Counted from the stretch's first letter, positions 1 through 10,653 are shown. The stretch is DNA of 64,000 nucleotides from Blepharisma stoltei ATCC 30299 (GCA_965603825.1 CBFDEM010000011.1:744001-808000); one strand, 5' to 3'. Made by a program: numbers and translations. Notes: generated from the letters alone by a model not told the origin.

Positions 1-1113
1 AGATCCAAGCCTATCTCCAGCATCACATACAAGCTTTCTTATCAAATCACAAGTGGAGTGTCTCAAGTTCGCTTCTCTTGGTATTGACAAAATGTTTCTC
101 CAATGCAAGATTTTTTGACAAGTTATAGATGGCTCGTCTGAAAAGAAAGGAGGATACCCCACGACCATTTCAAATAAAATAACACCAACGCTTCACCAAT
201 CAACTGTTTCAGTATACCCTCCTCTTCCAAACACTTCTGGAGCTATATAGTCAGGAGTGCCTACAGTTGAGTAAGCCAGGGCTCGGTTTCTCTTATAGTC
301 TGTTCGCCTTTCCATATACTGCTTTGCTTTAGCTTCGTCTTCTAGCTTGTTTAAATTTGAATACAAATTATCCGTCTGGATATCACTTAATTTACAAAGC
401 CCAAAGTCAGATAGTTTTATATGGCCGTCTCTACCAATCAAGACATTATCTGGTTTGATATCTCTATGTATATAGTTTAGTTTGTGCACAGACTCTACAG
501 CTAAAACCATCTCAGCAATATAAAATTTGGCCTCATCTTGAGGAAGGATATCTCTTTTAATCAAAACAGTCATCAAATCACCCCCTTGCAGGTATTCCAT
601 TGCTAAATACAAGTATTTTTCATCTTGAAAAGAGTATTTCAGCTCAACAATCCATGGATTATTAGCTTTGGCTAATACATTTCTTTCAGCCCTCACATGC
701 TGGATTTGGTTTTTTCGGATCATTTCAGTTTTGTTCATTTTCTTCAAAGCGAGGATTTCTCCTGAAGATTTGTGACGGACAACTCTAACTTCTCCAAAGG
801 CGCCGCGGCCTATGATTGTGATCGGTTCAAAATCAAAAATGCTTGTACGTGCCCGCAAGCTCCGAAGTCGCTCAGCTTCTTTGTGCATGATTTCTTCTCT
901 AACCATTCTCTGCTCGGTTTCAGAAAGATTAAGCTCAACCATTCTTTTGTTTATTTCGTCCCAATATTCGCGATTTTCAGTATCTTCACGCTTTTTCTTG
1001 GAGTATTTTTCAGCGATGAAAGCTTTGGCGGCTTCGGCTTTTTCTCTTGCTGCTGCAGATATTTGAGGCTCTTCTCTTGTTTCAGCCCTTTTGGGCGTTC
1101 TTGGTTGGTCCAT
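1..1113 (-). CDS. NDR/LATS-family AGC Ser/Thr kinase (3' end runs off the window)
   Basis: NDR N-terminal regulatory region, GRGAFGEV, HRDIKPDN, DFG, AYSTVGTPDYIAPEV. The frame continues through TGA at 193-195 as DW[W]SVGVILFEMVVGYPPF, the canonical DWWS motif. Confidence 0.93.
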
Positions 1114-1334
1114 TTATATAAGAAAACTTAAGGAGACGACTATTTTGTTGTCTGATGAATTTTTGGTAAGAAAAATTTAAATTGATCAATGTAAAATTAT
1201 TTGTAAAAAATAGCTATAACCATTTTAACTGCTTCGGGAAAAGGACCTTTACTTAAAATATACAGACATTCTTGATTTATATAGTCTATATGAAGATTTA
1301 TATTATAATAATTCGCGTTTAGGAGTAGTTAATA

Positions 1335-1682
1335 TTATTTTTGTCCTTTATTGCTTTCTTCTGGCTCAATTTTCAATTCAGGGATCTTGAATCTCCAAGT
1401 TCCTTTCTTCAATGGCGACGCTATCTTCTCTTCTTTTACACCTTTCTTCCCCTTTCAAGTCAGAATTCCCCAAGCTTTTCCATGGCTCGGATCTTTCAAA
1501 TCCATCTTAGTAATTGTGTAATATGAGTTCGGAGGCCATGTAGACCTCCAAAAATGAAAGCCTACCCCTTTGCATCTATACTGACCAGCTAGTTCATAAA
1601 GATCCTTGTAATTTTTGGCTGGGTTTAAAACTTCTTCTTTTGTAAAGACTTTTATACCTCTAAAAATTTTTGATGCGAGCAT
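1335..1682 (-). CDS. Probable mitochondrial ribosomal protein mS34-like
   Basis: Reading TGA 1455-1457 as Trp gives HGKAWGILT[W]KGK...KKGTW, ending at TAA 1335-1337. The WPPNSYYTIT...HGKAWG pattern resembles the MRP-S34 family (from memory). Confidence 0.65.
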
Positions 1683-1750
1683 AAAAATTATGATTATTGC
1701 ATAATAATTATAAGGGCCCTGACGAGAGCGAAGTTTACAAATTATATAGA

Positions 1751-2380
1751 TTAGTGTTCTCCTCTTTGGATAAATCTCAAATCGTCAGCTAGCTCTCGTT
1801 GGTAGTTCGGATATCTCCAAGGTCTAAGTTCATAATGTCAAGCAGCTCTTGGGGTTTGTAAGTGGCTCATTAGTTTAGGCAATGGGGTTGGGGTTCCCAA
1901 AGCTACAGCTGAGCACATGCCAACTACAACAGCCCATTCAGGAGTGACAGGGGCGATTCCTAATTTGTTTAGTTCTTCTCAAGTCTTGATAAAAGTCTTC
2001 GAAAGGTCTACGCCTGGATTTTTTTCTAATTTGTCTAAAATTTGATGTGCCTAGATATTTGATACTTTAGTTGTGTTCTTATAAGCTATCACGTACCCAT
2101 GCGCTGCAATAATGTGTGTCGCTATATCTGCACCATGGTTAAATTGACAAGCTGAGTGGTAAATATAAAAGAAATCGTCCTAAATTTGGCATACCCATTG
2201 TTGATATTTAATGTGGAGCATCAGCTTTCTGTTATAATATCTCGTTAAGTCAGCTTTTTTTGTATCATAAGCTTCCTGAGGTGTAATATTCTTATTTCTA
2301 ACTGCTTTTTCCAGTTCAACAGCAGGGATAAAATCAAAAACTGAACCGATTTTTGTGCTAATCTTCCTTTTTAAAATCAT
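1751..2380 (-). CDS. Hypothetical protein (~199 aa), possibly mitochondrial; two 15-nt introns
   Basis: Removing introns 2180-2194 (GTATGCCAAATTTAG) and 2051-2065 (GTATCAAATATCTAG) gives a continuous frame with two TGA-Trp codons to TAA at 1751. The N-terminus is basic. Confidence 0.7.
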
Positions 2381-2410
2381 AAATTATAATTTATCTAGAA
2401 TTATACTTAA

Positions 2411-4861
2411 TTATCCTCTTCTTTCAGCAATTTTATTCAGCACTATTTTGTGGATTCTTAGCAAGTAATCACTGTAGCTGATTTCTCCAGACGTCACATC
2501 TTCCACCATGAACCTTCTTAAAATGAAATCATCCCCTTTCCCTTCAAAGAGCCAATGCAAGGATGGATAAGCTGATGGACTTCTTTTCCTGACCTCATCT
2601 ATAATAGCTAGCACTTTTGCTGACTCATCATTTCCATAGTCATTTAGAGCCCACAACTCAGGGTTTTCGCTCAATTCGTCAAACTGAGGGACGCCAAAAA
2701 CATTTTGCAAAAATTCTTGATCTGCGTTCCTTCCTATGTAAAGTAGCATAACTTCACCATTAAATAGTAAGTAGACTCCATTCGATTGAATATATTGCAA
2801 GGTGCACGGAACTAAGTTAGGGAGGATTAGGAACTCAGCATTATTTAGAGTTCCTGGCTGTTGAGGCTGGACTGAAATGTCGTGCAAACTATAAATGGAT
2901 GGATAAAAGTGCATTCTTGTTTGACGGATGTTCATACCTAATAGTGCGTGCACTGAAAAAAGCCTTGCATCAATTGGAACCCCACTTACTGCAAAAGCTG
3001 GAAGCTTCATAGCTGTGTTACTATAAAGAGGGACCATTCTTAAGGTCTCAGGTACCAAAATTTTGTTTACTTCTCCATCTCCAACAGTCATTCTATGTAT
3101 CGTAAGCATCGTTATCATGCTTGCATGCCATTTTTCTCTAACAGTCCCCACCGCTTCTTCATAAATCGAATAAGCGCTTTGTCTTGCAACAACATTCGCT
3201 ATTGCATCAGCATCTCCCCCTTTAAATATATTAGGGATCATTTTTGTGCTTTTCATGACTCCGTTGAAAATTCTTATAAGTCTTTGCCCATACTGGCTCG
3301 TATAAAGCATTGCGCATTGAACATGCAAATCAATATCTTCTTGCAATTTTGAGTCATGCTTAAGCATAATGACTATAGTTTTATCCGAATCAATGCAAGC
3401 CAGCTCCATTTCGACCGGTCCTTTTCTTTTGAATTTCCCAATATATTGATCAATTGCGATTCCATTGCTACATCTTGCCCTCATAACTGCTTGGAAGCCT
3501 TGTGTCCTTGTCAAAGTTCGGAAAATTTGATAATACATCCGTTCTCCATCAAAGCCTACATTGAAATTTGGATAATAATGCAAATCTCCTCCAGTTTGAG
3601 AACAAAGTGCAGCCAATGAAGGGGCATCAGCATACTGTCCTGAGCATAAGAAAATATCAATACAAATATCTTCAGATGTGCACTCTTGGGCTAAGGTAAC
3701 ATAATTTTCAAGTGGAGCGTACATGGTTTTCTCTTTATCTGTATTAAAAAGTTTAGGGTCTACTCTATTAGTCAGTTTTCCTTTTCCAACAGTGCCAAGC
3801 TGGGAAGTAAAGATGAGGACTCTCCCTCCTCTTCCTTTTAATAAATAATTTTTCATCGCGTCAGCTACTGCCCCAGCTGATAAATTCACTTTAGGAGGTT
3901 GTGTAAAGTCCCAAGCAAGCAGCCTATCCAATAGCCCATCCAGCTGTTCCCGCTGCTCAGCCACATTATAAGTAAGCCCAGCCACACTTTCAGGGATAAA
4001 AGGGTCGTCTACATCAGTTACCAAGATTTCTGAGACTTCTCCAGTAGATCCAATCTTATAGAACTGCATAGAAGTATCAAACGTCATCACTCCAATGCTG
4101 CATCTCTCAGGAAAAGAAACATAGTCCAGCACTCCTTTTATTGATGTCAGAATCTGCTGAGGGAGGCCTAAAGATATAGAATTCGCTGAGATATCAATGC
4201 AAAAGAAAAATAAAGGAGCCATCGGAGGCCGATTTGAGTAGTCTTCTGGAGCGATGAACTCATAAGTCCCAGCCCAAAGCTCAGGTTTGTTATTTCTATC
4301 GTTAAAATACTCCTCTGGTGAGTCTTGAACCAGCCCGCATATATTGCATATGCACTTTCTTCCTCCTTCCACAAATCGAAAATGAGGACTGACAAATGCC
4401 AAACATCGATTGCATCGGAATGGGATTTTATTAAGAATTGGGATTGGATCTTCTCCTGGGCAGATATCAGCGAGTGGGTGCCAAATTGCAGCAAGTGGCA
4501 GGCCTGTTGATTTTTGAGTGCTTTCATCTATTGCACATTGAGTGCATGTAAAACGGAGAAAGCGTGGGGAGGTGACAGCTTGCTCTTTTGCGATAATATT
4601 TTCTAAAATAGGAGGCGGAAGCTGTCCCATAGCGGTGAATTGACCTAAAAAGTCATCATATCTTTCTAAAGGTCTTGGAAGTGTTTCGGTGTGGACTTTT
4701 GCTTCTCTTGGCTGCTCAGCTTGAATCCTTCGTTCGGCCATTGTGTTAGGAAGTTGATTTTGTTGAGGGATATCAGGCTTCGAAGAGATTGGCTCAGCTT
4801 CTTGGTAGAGGGGCCTTTGCAAATGAGGCAAACGAGCTCTATGATCACCTTGAAGTGCCAT
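2411..4861 (-). CDS. SEC24: COPII coat subunit Sec24
   Basis: Zn finger RCNRC...CNIC, trunk/vWA domain (FFFCIDIS), GFQAVMRARCSNG beta-sandwich, helical and gelsolin-like C-terminus. Confidence 0.93.
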   Translation of the reverse strand: MALQGDHRARLPHLQRPLYQEAEPISSKPDIPQQNQLPNTMAERRIQAEQPREAKVHTETLPRPLERYDDFLGQFTAMGQLPPPILENIIAKEQAVTSPRFLRFTCTQCAIDESTQKSTGLPLAAIWHPLADICPGEDPIPILNKIPFRCNRCLAFVSPHFRFVEGGRKCICNICGLVQDSPEEYFNDRNNKPELWAGTYEFIAPEDYSNRPPMAPLFFFCIDISANSISLGLPQQILTSIKGVLDYVSFPERCSIGVMTFDTSMQFYKIGSTGEVSEILVTDVDDPFIPESVAGLTYNVAEQREQLDGLLDRLLAWDFTQPPKVNLSAGAVADAMKNYLLKGRGGRVLIFTSQLGTVGKGKLTNRVDPKLFNTDKEKTMYAPLENYVTLAQECTSEDICIDIFLCSGQYADAPSLAALCSQTGGDLHYYPNFNVGFDGERMYYQIFRTLTRTQGFQAVMRARCSNGIAIDQYIGKFKRKGPVEMELACIDSDKTIVIMLKHDSKLQEDIDLHVQCAMLYTSQYGQRLIRIFNGVMKSTKMIPNIFKGGDADAIANVVARQSAYSIYEEAVGTVREKWHASMITMLTIHRMTVGDGEVNKILVPETLRMVPLYSNTAMKLPAFAVSGVPIDARLFSVHALLGMNIRQTRMHFYPSIYSLHDISVQPQQPGTLNNAEFLILPNLVPCTLQYIQSNGVYLLFNGEVMLLYIGRNADQEFLQNVFGVPQFDELSENPELWALNDYGNDESAKVLAIIDEVRKRSPSAYPSLHWLFEGKGDDFILRRFMVEDVTSGEISYSDYLLRIHKIVLNKIAERRG

Positions 4862-5354
4862 ATTTTATAAATTTCCTAGTTGGAATACAAATCGAAAAAA
4901 TTGATTTGCGTGTTTCTCTCAAATTAATAAATAATAAAGATCATCAAAAATATATTAAAATTAATCCTATAAATTATATTCGTAAATTACAATAAAGGAA
5001 TCTTCAAGAGGTTTTAGCATATGCTGACAACATCTATTGTAGTCTTGAAATCAGAGTTTGAAGTTGAACTAATGCAGTTATTTGATTAAACAAATCCATC
5101 GATAATCAAACGAAAATTAAATAAAAAAATGAAGGTTGAGAAAAGTCTAGATCTCACGTTCAAGCTTCTGATTTAAAGATATATGAAAATGTAAATATCC
5201 GGTATATTTAGCATCACTTTTTTAGTATTAAAGACAAATCTAAAAAAGTAAATCATAGTCTCAAAAAAAAATTTAAAGGTTTTTTTTATATTAGACTTAA
5301 TTGAAGGGCAAGATAAGAAAAGAGCACTAATTAAGCAATAAATGATGATTATTT

Positions 5355-6404
5355 TTAAACTATTGGGTATACTGGTTGCATCTGGATACCGCAAATACCT
5401 TGTCCAGCAACGACTGCAATTCTGATATATCCAGCTTCACCCCAGGCGTCACCCCAAGAGTTCTTAACTTTCCAGTATGGAGGAGAGTTAACCTGGTTGT
5501 ACCCAACAATTAAGACTCCGTGGTCTAAAGCAGTTCCACAGTCTTTACTCACAATTCCTCCCTTATAATGTTGCCAAGCAGCTTGGTCAGCTTCAACAGC
5601 AACTGAGACTGGTTGCTGAGCGACTGCAGCGTAGAGTTGATCAGTGTTATCTGCTTGGACTGCCTTGTAGCCAGAAAGGGTAGCTGCAACTGCCTTTTCC
5701 TTAGTCTTGTTGCAAAGACCATACTTACCAGTGTAAGGGTAGTTTGCTTCAGTTGTAATTCCTCTGTTAGCAATGATGTATTTCATTGCAGCTGTCATAT
5801 CTCCTCCATTGCAGGATTCGTTTCCAAAGCTATATGAGCAATCCATAAGTTGTTGCTCTGATAGAGAAGTCAAGGTGTGGCCGGCCAAGAACCATGCACC
5901 TTCAGTAGACCCAGTAGTTGAGAATGACCAACAGCTTCCGCATTGCCCTTGGTTTTTAACTGCGGTAACAGCTCCTTTTTGGGTCCAGTCGACTTGGGTT
6001 GGGACAGCAGAGACGTCAAATTCAGCAACTTCAGCGTCGACAATTGGTTGGAATTTACGAGGAGTGTAAATCATCTTAAATTCAGCGAAGGTTAAGTCTG
6101 CGAACTCGTTGACTCCAAGGAAATAGGTATTTCCCTGGCCGTTGAAGACACGGACGTAGGCTGAGTTGTCTCTGAAAATCTTGAACTTGCGAGCGTATTC
6201 TTCTTCGCTAGCGTAGAGCTTGTTGTATTTGGCAATGAATTCAGAGAATTCTTGTTCCTCCATCTGGAGTTGGGTAATTGCTGGAGTTTGGGCTGGTCCT
6301 GATAGAACTGCAACGGTTGCCACAACTCCGACGATGGCCAATAGGCCAAAGACTGCCAAGAACCTTTTCTTGGATTTAGTTTCTACTGCGAAGTAACCTT
6401 CCAT
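5355..6404 (-). CDS. Papain-family (C1A) cathepsin L-like cysteine protease
   Basis: N-terminal hydrophobic anchor, I29 prodomain (NEFADLT), QGQCGSCWSF catalytic Cys, LDHGV His, KNSWG Asn. Confidence 0.95.
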   Translation of the reverse strand: MEGYFAVETKSKKRFLAVFGLLAIVGVVATVAVLSGPAQTPAITQLQMEEQEFSEFIAKYNKLYASEEEYARKFKIFRDNSAYVRVFNGQGNTYFLGVNEFADLTFAEFKMIYTPRKFQPIVDAEVAEFDVSAVPTQVDWTQKGAVTAVKNQGQCGSCWSFSTTGSTEGAWFLAGHTLTSLSEQQLMDCSYSFGNESCNGGDMTAAMKYIIANRGITTEANYPYTGKYGLCNKTKEKAVAATLSGYKAVQADNTDQLYAAVAQQPVSVAVEADQAAWQHYKGGIVSKDCGTALDHGVLIVGYNQVNSPPYWKVKNSWGDAWGEAGYIRIAVVAGQGICGIQMQPVYPIV

Positions 6405-7116
6405 TTTATTATAATTGTTTCCCCAGTTGTCATCAAGATTAGCACAACGAAGGGCTTTATGAAATTATTCACATAAAATTGGTAGAATTAATTATGGCAT
6501 TTTATCTTGTCGTTATAGGGATAAAAACAGTGGTTAAAAATGATTTTTAATATTTTGTGACTGTTAACGAACAAAAGACCTGCTTTAGTTTTTATAAAAG
6601 CTATATGATAATAATTTTAGGTGCAGAAAATTATCGAAGGTGTCTTGTTTAAATTAAAATTTTTAATTGATTTCTCAAAATATTCAGAAGCAAGTAATTA
6701 GAAAAATTATATATCTATGTGAGGGTTTAATTATTGAACTACTTATTCTGTGCATCAAAAATTAAAATAATCTAAATAAAACATTTGAAAAATTCCAAAA
6801 GTCGTATATGCATATCATATTTAAATCCTTTATAAAATTTCACTGAATAATAAACGAATTTTAAGCTTTTCAAGTGGCAATGATAATAATGAGTGTGTCC
6901 TTCGTATTAATTATTAAATTCTTATATCCGAAAAAGAAAAATATAAAAGTCTTAAACTATAATAATTCAAAGAAGCAAATCACTTTACATTGCTATAAAA
7001 AGGCTACTTAAATAAAAAGTCTAACAAATTTTTTCTTACGAATAATATAAAAAGTTAACAACAGCTTTTGGCAAATATATCAACTTATTACTTTGTTAAA
7101 ATAATTCAAATATACC

Positions 7117-7121
7117 AAAAA
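7117..7121 (-). terminator. Pol III oligo-T terminator
   Basis: TTTTT immediately after the terminal stem strand AAACCC on the minus strand. Confidence 0.6.
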
Positions 7122-7301
7122 GGGTTTAGATAACCTGTAGAAGCTGTGATCGGCAGAGCCTGAGCATGTGCTCCACAACTGCAGGATATCACCTGGCTGC
7201 GCTCTCAGCTCCTTTGGAGGAACTGAGTGAGGAACCTTACAAAGGTTACTGGTGTTAGGGTGAATGCGGCCAAGACCGGAGAGATGCGCTTGCCAACCCA
7301 T
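7117..7301 (-). ncRNA. Candidate telomerase RNA (Pol III-type transcript, ~185 nt)
   Basis: GC-rich island inside a 1.3-kb AT-rich intergenic gap. Template CACCCUAACACC (7262-7251) is 1.5x CCCTAACA. 5' GGGUU pairs with 3' AACCC, followed by TTTTT. Multiple hairpins and an upstream CCCATAAA element are present. Confidence 0.78.
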
Positions 7302-7307
7302 CTTTAA

Positions 7308-7319
7308 TTCCCGCGAAAA
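7308..7319. promoter_or_regulatory. E2F/DP-like site (TTCCCGCGAAAA)
   Basis: Overlapping inverted TTTSSCGC-like motifs in otherwise very AT-rich DNA, just upstream of the ncRNA candidate. Confidence 0.35.
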
Positions 7320-7350
7320 CTTAAATTTTTTGTTTTTTTGGTTAATTTTA

Positions 7351-7360
7351 TTTATGGGAA
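7351..7360 (-). promoter_or_regulatory. Putative upstream sequence element (USE/PSE) of a type-3 Pol III / snRNA-type promoter
   Basis: TTCCCATAAA lies about 50-60 nt upstream of the predicted 5' end. A CCCATA-core USE at this distance is described for ciliate snRNA and telomerase RNA genes (from memory). Confidence 0.6.
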
Positions 7361-7735
7361 CAATTTTTATTAGATTGATATATAGCGTTTATTGATATAC
7401 AAATGCTATTTTAAATCCAGCAAAAGATAAGATTTTATTTTATAACAAAAGTGATTTAGAGAGTAATTTTTATAATTTATTTTACGTAGAAAATATCAGC
7501 ACTTAATTCATGCAATTAGCTGTAAAATTGAAGATGAATTAATCGGTTCTAAAATTTTCTGGTTTAATCTCTTAGAGCTCTATGAGATTAAAAAATTCAA
7601 ATAGAAATATAATAGCTGCACATAATATATGGAACTTATTAGAAATTGTTCAATCCTAGCAAGGGAAAGGATTATGATGCAAGCGCAGTTATCACAATAA
7701 TTTCCTAAAAAATCATGCATAGTAAAATATTAAAT

Positions 7736-8945
7736 ATGCTCAGACTTGCAAGAAGGTTCTTCGCAGGAATTGCCCCCCAAGTCGAATATCCTATAGGAAT
7801 TAAAGACGTTCAGAACATTGACGAATATTTGGATGCATTAGAAAACATAGAAGAAGGGAAATTTCCAATCGTTGAGCAAAAACTCATTCAATGCTTGAGT
7901 ATTGCTGAAGAAAGAGGACTCTATGGTGAGCCGCCTTATAATATTCTCCTCAAAAGACTAGCCTTTATATTTAGGATTGAAAATAAGACTAGTATGTGCG
8001 AAAGGCTGCTGGAAGAGATCGTAAAAAATTTCAAAGAAAGAGAAAGCCTATATCCAAGCCAGCTTTCTTGCTCCTATGAAACTCTACTTATGCAGTATTT
8101 AGATACAAATATTGACAAAGGTATTGATTTAGCTAAGAAGCTATTAGAGGAAAAGCCTAGTCACATAAATGAAGAATTCGTCAAAAATATGTTAGCGATA
8201 GCTTACTTACTTAAAGGGGGAAACATATGAGAATCTAAAAAGCTTTTATCTTCTCTAATAGCAACAAATCCGCAGCAGCCTGAGCTCTATCATAATTTAG
8301 GCTGCGCTCAGTGGTGGCATCTTTTGTCATTTGAAAAACCAGAAACAATTACTATCAAAGAAGGAGAGACCTATGAGCAGTCTGAATATAGAGCTGCTGC
8401 AATGGAGTTTACAGATTCAGTAGCAAGCTTTCAAAGAGCCATTCAACATTTCGAAGGGCTGCCTGATATTTATAAAATTGACCCAAACAATAAGCTTGGT
8501 TTAAAATCATCAATTTGTGGAATCTCCCTTACAAATATCTCTGAAGTCCATCTTCAAAGCGCAAATCTAGAGGTAACTTAAAATTAGCCTGAAGGAAGCC
8601 ATAAAATGACTTAAATGTGCTTTAACGTTTTATGAAGAAGTTGATAAACAAAACGCTGGGAGATCTCTAGCGCTAACAGGAGTTTTCTTAAAATTCCAAA
8701 AAGAATATAATGAGGCAGAAAAAGTTTTAACTAAAGCGCTTGGGCTTGTGAACGGAGTAATAATAACATAGAGAGGTGACTATAATGAGATCTTTGTAAA
8801 TGAAGTTTATGCCTCAGTTCTAAAGAAGCTAAAAAAGGAAAAAGAAGCTGAAGAATTATTGGAAAAAGCAAATGGGTTGTCGAAGAATTTGACATATTGG
8901 GCAGCAAGAGCGGTCCATCTGCATATTCCAATGTGGACCCTTTAA
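7736..8945 (+). CDS. Helical-repeat (TPR-like) protein with mitochondrial-type presequence
   Basis: Starts MLRLARRFFA, with TGA-Trp at 8228 and YHNLGCA/AEKVLTKAL TPR-like helices. Intron 8757-8771 is clean. The intron starting at 8573 has an uncertain acceptor (8587 vs 8594). Confidence 0.6.
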
Positions 8946-8979
8946 CACATAATTAAGCTTATTTTAAGAGTATGGTTAA

Positions 8980-9627
8980 TTATGACCCATATTTTGGGCA
9001 AAGTCCTAGTCTGAATCCTATCTCTTTTAGATAATTATCTGCTAAGATAATTTGGTTGCCACCTTTTTCTTTCATTGCTTCTTCCAGGCTTTGGCTTCAG
9101 TCTATTCTTGTGTAATTTTTTTCATAATCTGCGTAGAATGCAGAGACATTTCTGTTTATTGACTCAGATATATCAACGCAATCTTTGAAATTATATGACT
9201 GCTTTGGAAGAATATCCGAGATTATTGAGTTGTTTTCTCTTTCCTGTGGAAACTCGCAAGGTTCCAAAATAAAAGAAACTCTAAACAGCTCAATATAAGA
9301 TGTAATCAAGTTTTCAATTATTTGGAGAGTTTCGCTTTCATGACCAGAAGCATCAAGAACTACAATGACCAGCTTTTTCTTGCTATTTGCAACATCTGCT
9401 TCTATGTTTGTAATTGATAATTGAGTATGAGGAACTTCAACTGAAATATTCGAAAAAAGATCAAAATCTGCAGGAGAGCTTGAGCAGAGAGATCTAAGTA
9501 AGGTGTCTGAGGTTTTCCATACAAGGTGGCCACAGCATCCTCTTGATATTAGTGAGTTGATTATGTAAGACTGAGGCAAAGCGAGGTTTGACCTGACCAG
9601 AATAATTAATGCTTTGGAGGCATACAT
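8980..9627 (-). CDS. Hypothetical protein (215 aa)
   Basis: ORF extended through TGA 9097-9099 to TAA 8980-8982. No family recognised. Confidence 0.6.
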
Positions 9628-9771
9628 TATTAAAACAGTAATAATTTTTCATTAAAAAGCTAGCTATGCAAATTATATAAAAATATTAATAAGCTTATAA
9701 AATATAGGTATATTATATAGCAAAAATGAATTTTTCTTATAAAATTGTTAAGATAGCTTAAGATTTTACAG

Positions 9772-10653
9772 TTATAGCGTTTTGGCTGTGACAGTAGGAA
9801 CGATGATCACAATGAGTATAATCAGCAGTGCGACTAATATGCAGCATTTTTTCCATCTTGCTTTTTGCTGATACCCCTTAGCTCCTTCTAGCGCTTTTTC
9901 CGCTTTTTTAACATAATCTGAAGCATTATCCACGTGCTTTTCTACACTATTCAAAAGTTCTCCTTGAGAGTGAACAAGTGCTGCAAGATCAAGAAACATC
10001 CTGTGCATGATATTTATATTTTGTTCAAGCATTTTGATGTCTTCAAGTCTGCTTTCTATATTATTTACCATCTGAATTATTTCAGAGTGAGCTCCTATCA
10101 TTTTCTTTTCAACCATCATTTGGGCTTGTCTCGGATCTTCTAAGCACTGTTCAATCACTTCATCAGAAATATTTTCGTCAACCATTCTAAGCTGATTTGC
10201 TGTTTTATTTCTAGCTGCTTCGGTGAACACATTTTGTGCCTTTTCTGCTTCTCCCAGGGCTTGCTGAAACTGCTTGATCAAGGTTGCATGCATCGTAGCT
10301 CGCATTCTTGTTTCTGTCTCACTGGCGTTCCCACGACCGTCTTCGATTGTTTTTGCTAGGGTTTCTGCAATGTCACGGACTGAGTTTAGTTCTCCGTTAT
10401 TAACATCGATTAATTCTTTGAGCTGCTTATTAGTTTTAACTTCTTGCTCTGGCTGGGTGCATTGGTTGAACTCATCTTTTAAAATTCTTATTTGCTCAGT
10501 ATTAGATCGGACTCGTTCAATAGATTTTTGGGCTTTACGAATTTGGAGCATAAATTGCATGTTTGGGCCTGATGATGGCTGAACATCTGAAAGTAAAATT
10601 TCATGAGAAGGGTTATTTGAAGCTCCTTTAAGTTCTTGAAGTCTATCTATCAT
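9772..10653 (-). CDS. Syntaxin (plasma-membrane-type Qa-SNARE)
   Basis: MIDRL N-peptide, Habc helices, SNARE motif MFLDLAALVHSQGELLNSVE, C-terminal TM. Confidence 0.92.
   Translation of the reverse strand: MIDRLQELKGASNNPSHEILLSDVQPSSGPNMQFMLQIRKAQKSIERVRSNTEQIRILKDEFNQCTQPEQEVKTNKQLKELIDVNNGELNSVRDIAETLAKTIEDGRGNASETETRMRATMHATLIKQFQQALGEAEKAQNVFTEAARNKTANQLRMVDENISDEVIEQCLEDPRQAQMMVEKKMIGAHSEIIQMVNNIESRLEDIKMLEQNINIMHRMFLDLAALVHSQGELLNSVEKHVDNASDYVKKAEKALEGAKGYQQKARWKKCCILVALLIILIVIIVPTVTAKTL

Noticed and set aside
7251-7262. Internal telomere or chromosome-breakage remnant
   Set aside because: Only 1.5 repeats, embedded in a folded unit with promoter and terminator, so the template interpretation fits better.
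7080-7301. 73-aa minus-strand ORF (MGWQAHL...)
   Set aside because: No recognisable protein features, composition unlike neighbouring genes, and it ends on TGA, which is not a stop here. The region is better explained as a structured RNA.
7117-7301. U6, U2, SRP, 5S or tRNA identity
   Set aside because: No ACAGAGA box, branch-pairing GUAGUA, SRP GNRA domain or cloverleaf/A-B boxes seen by eye.
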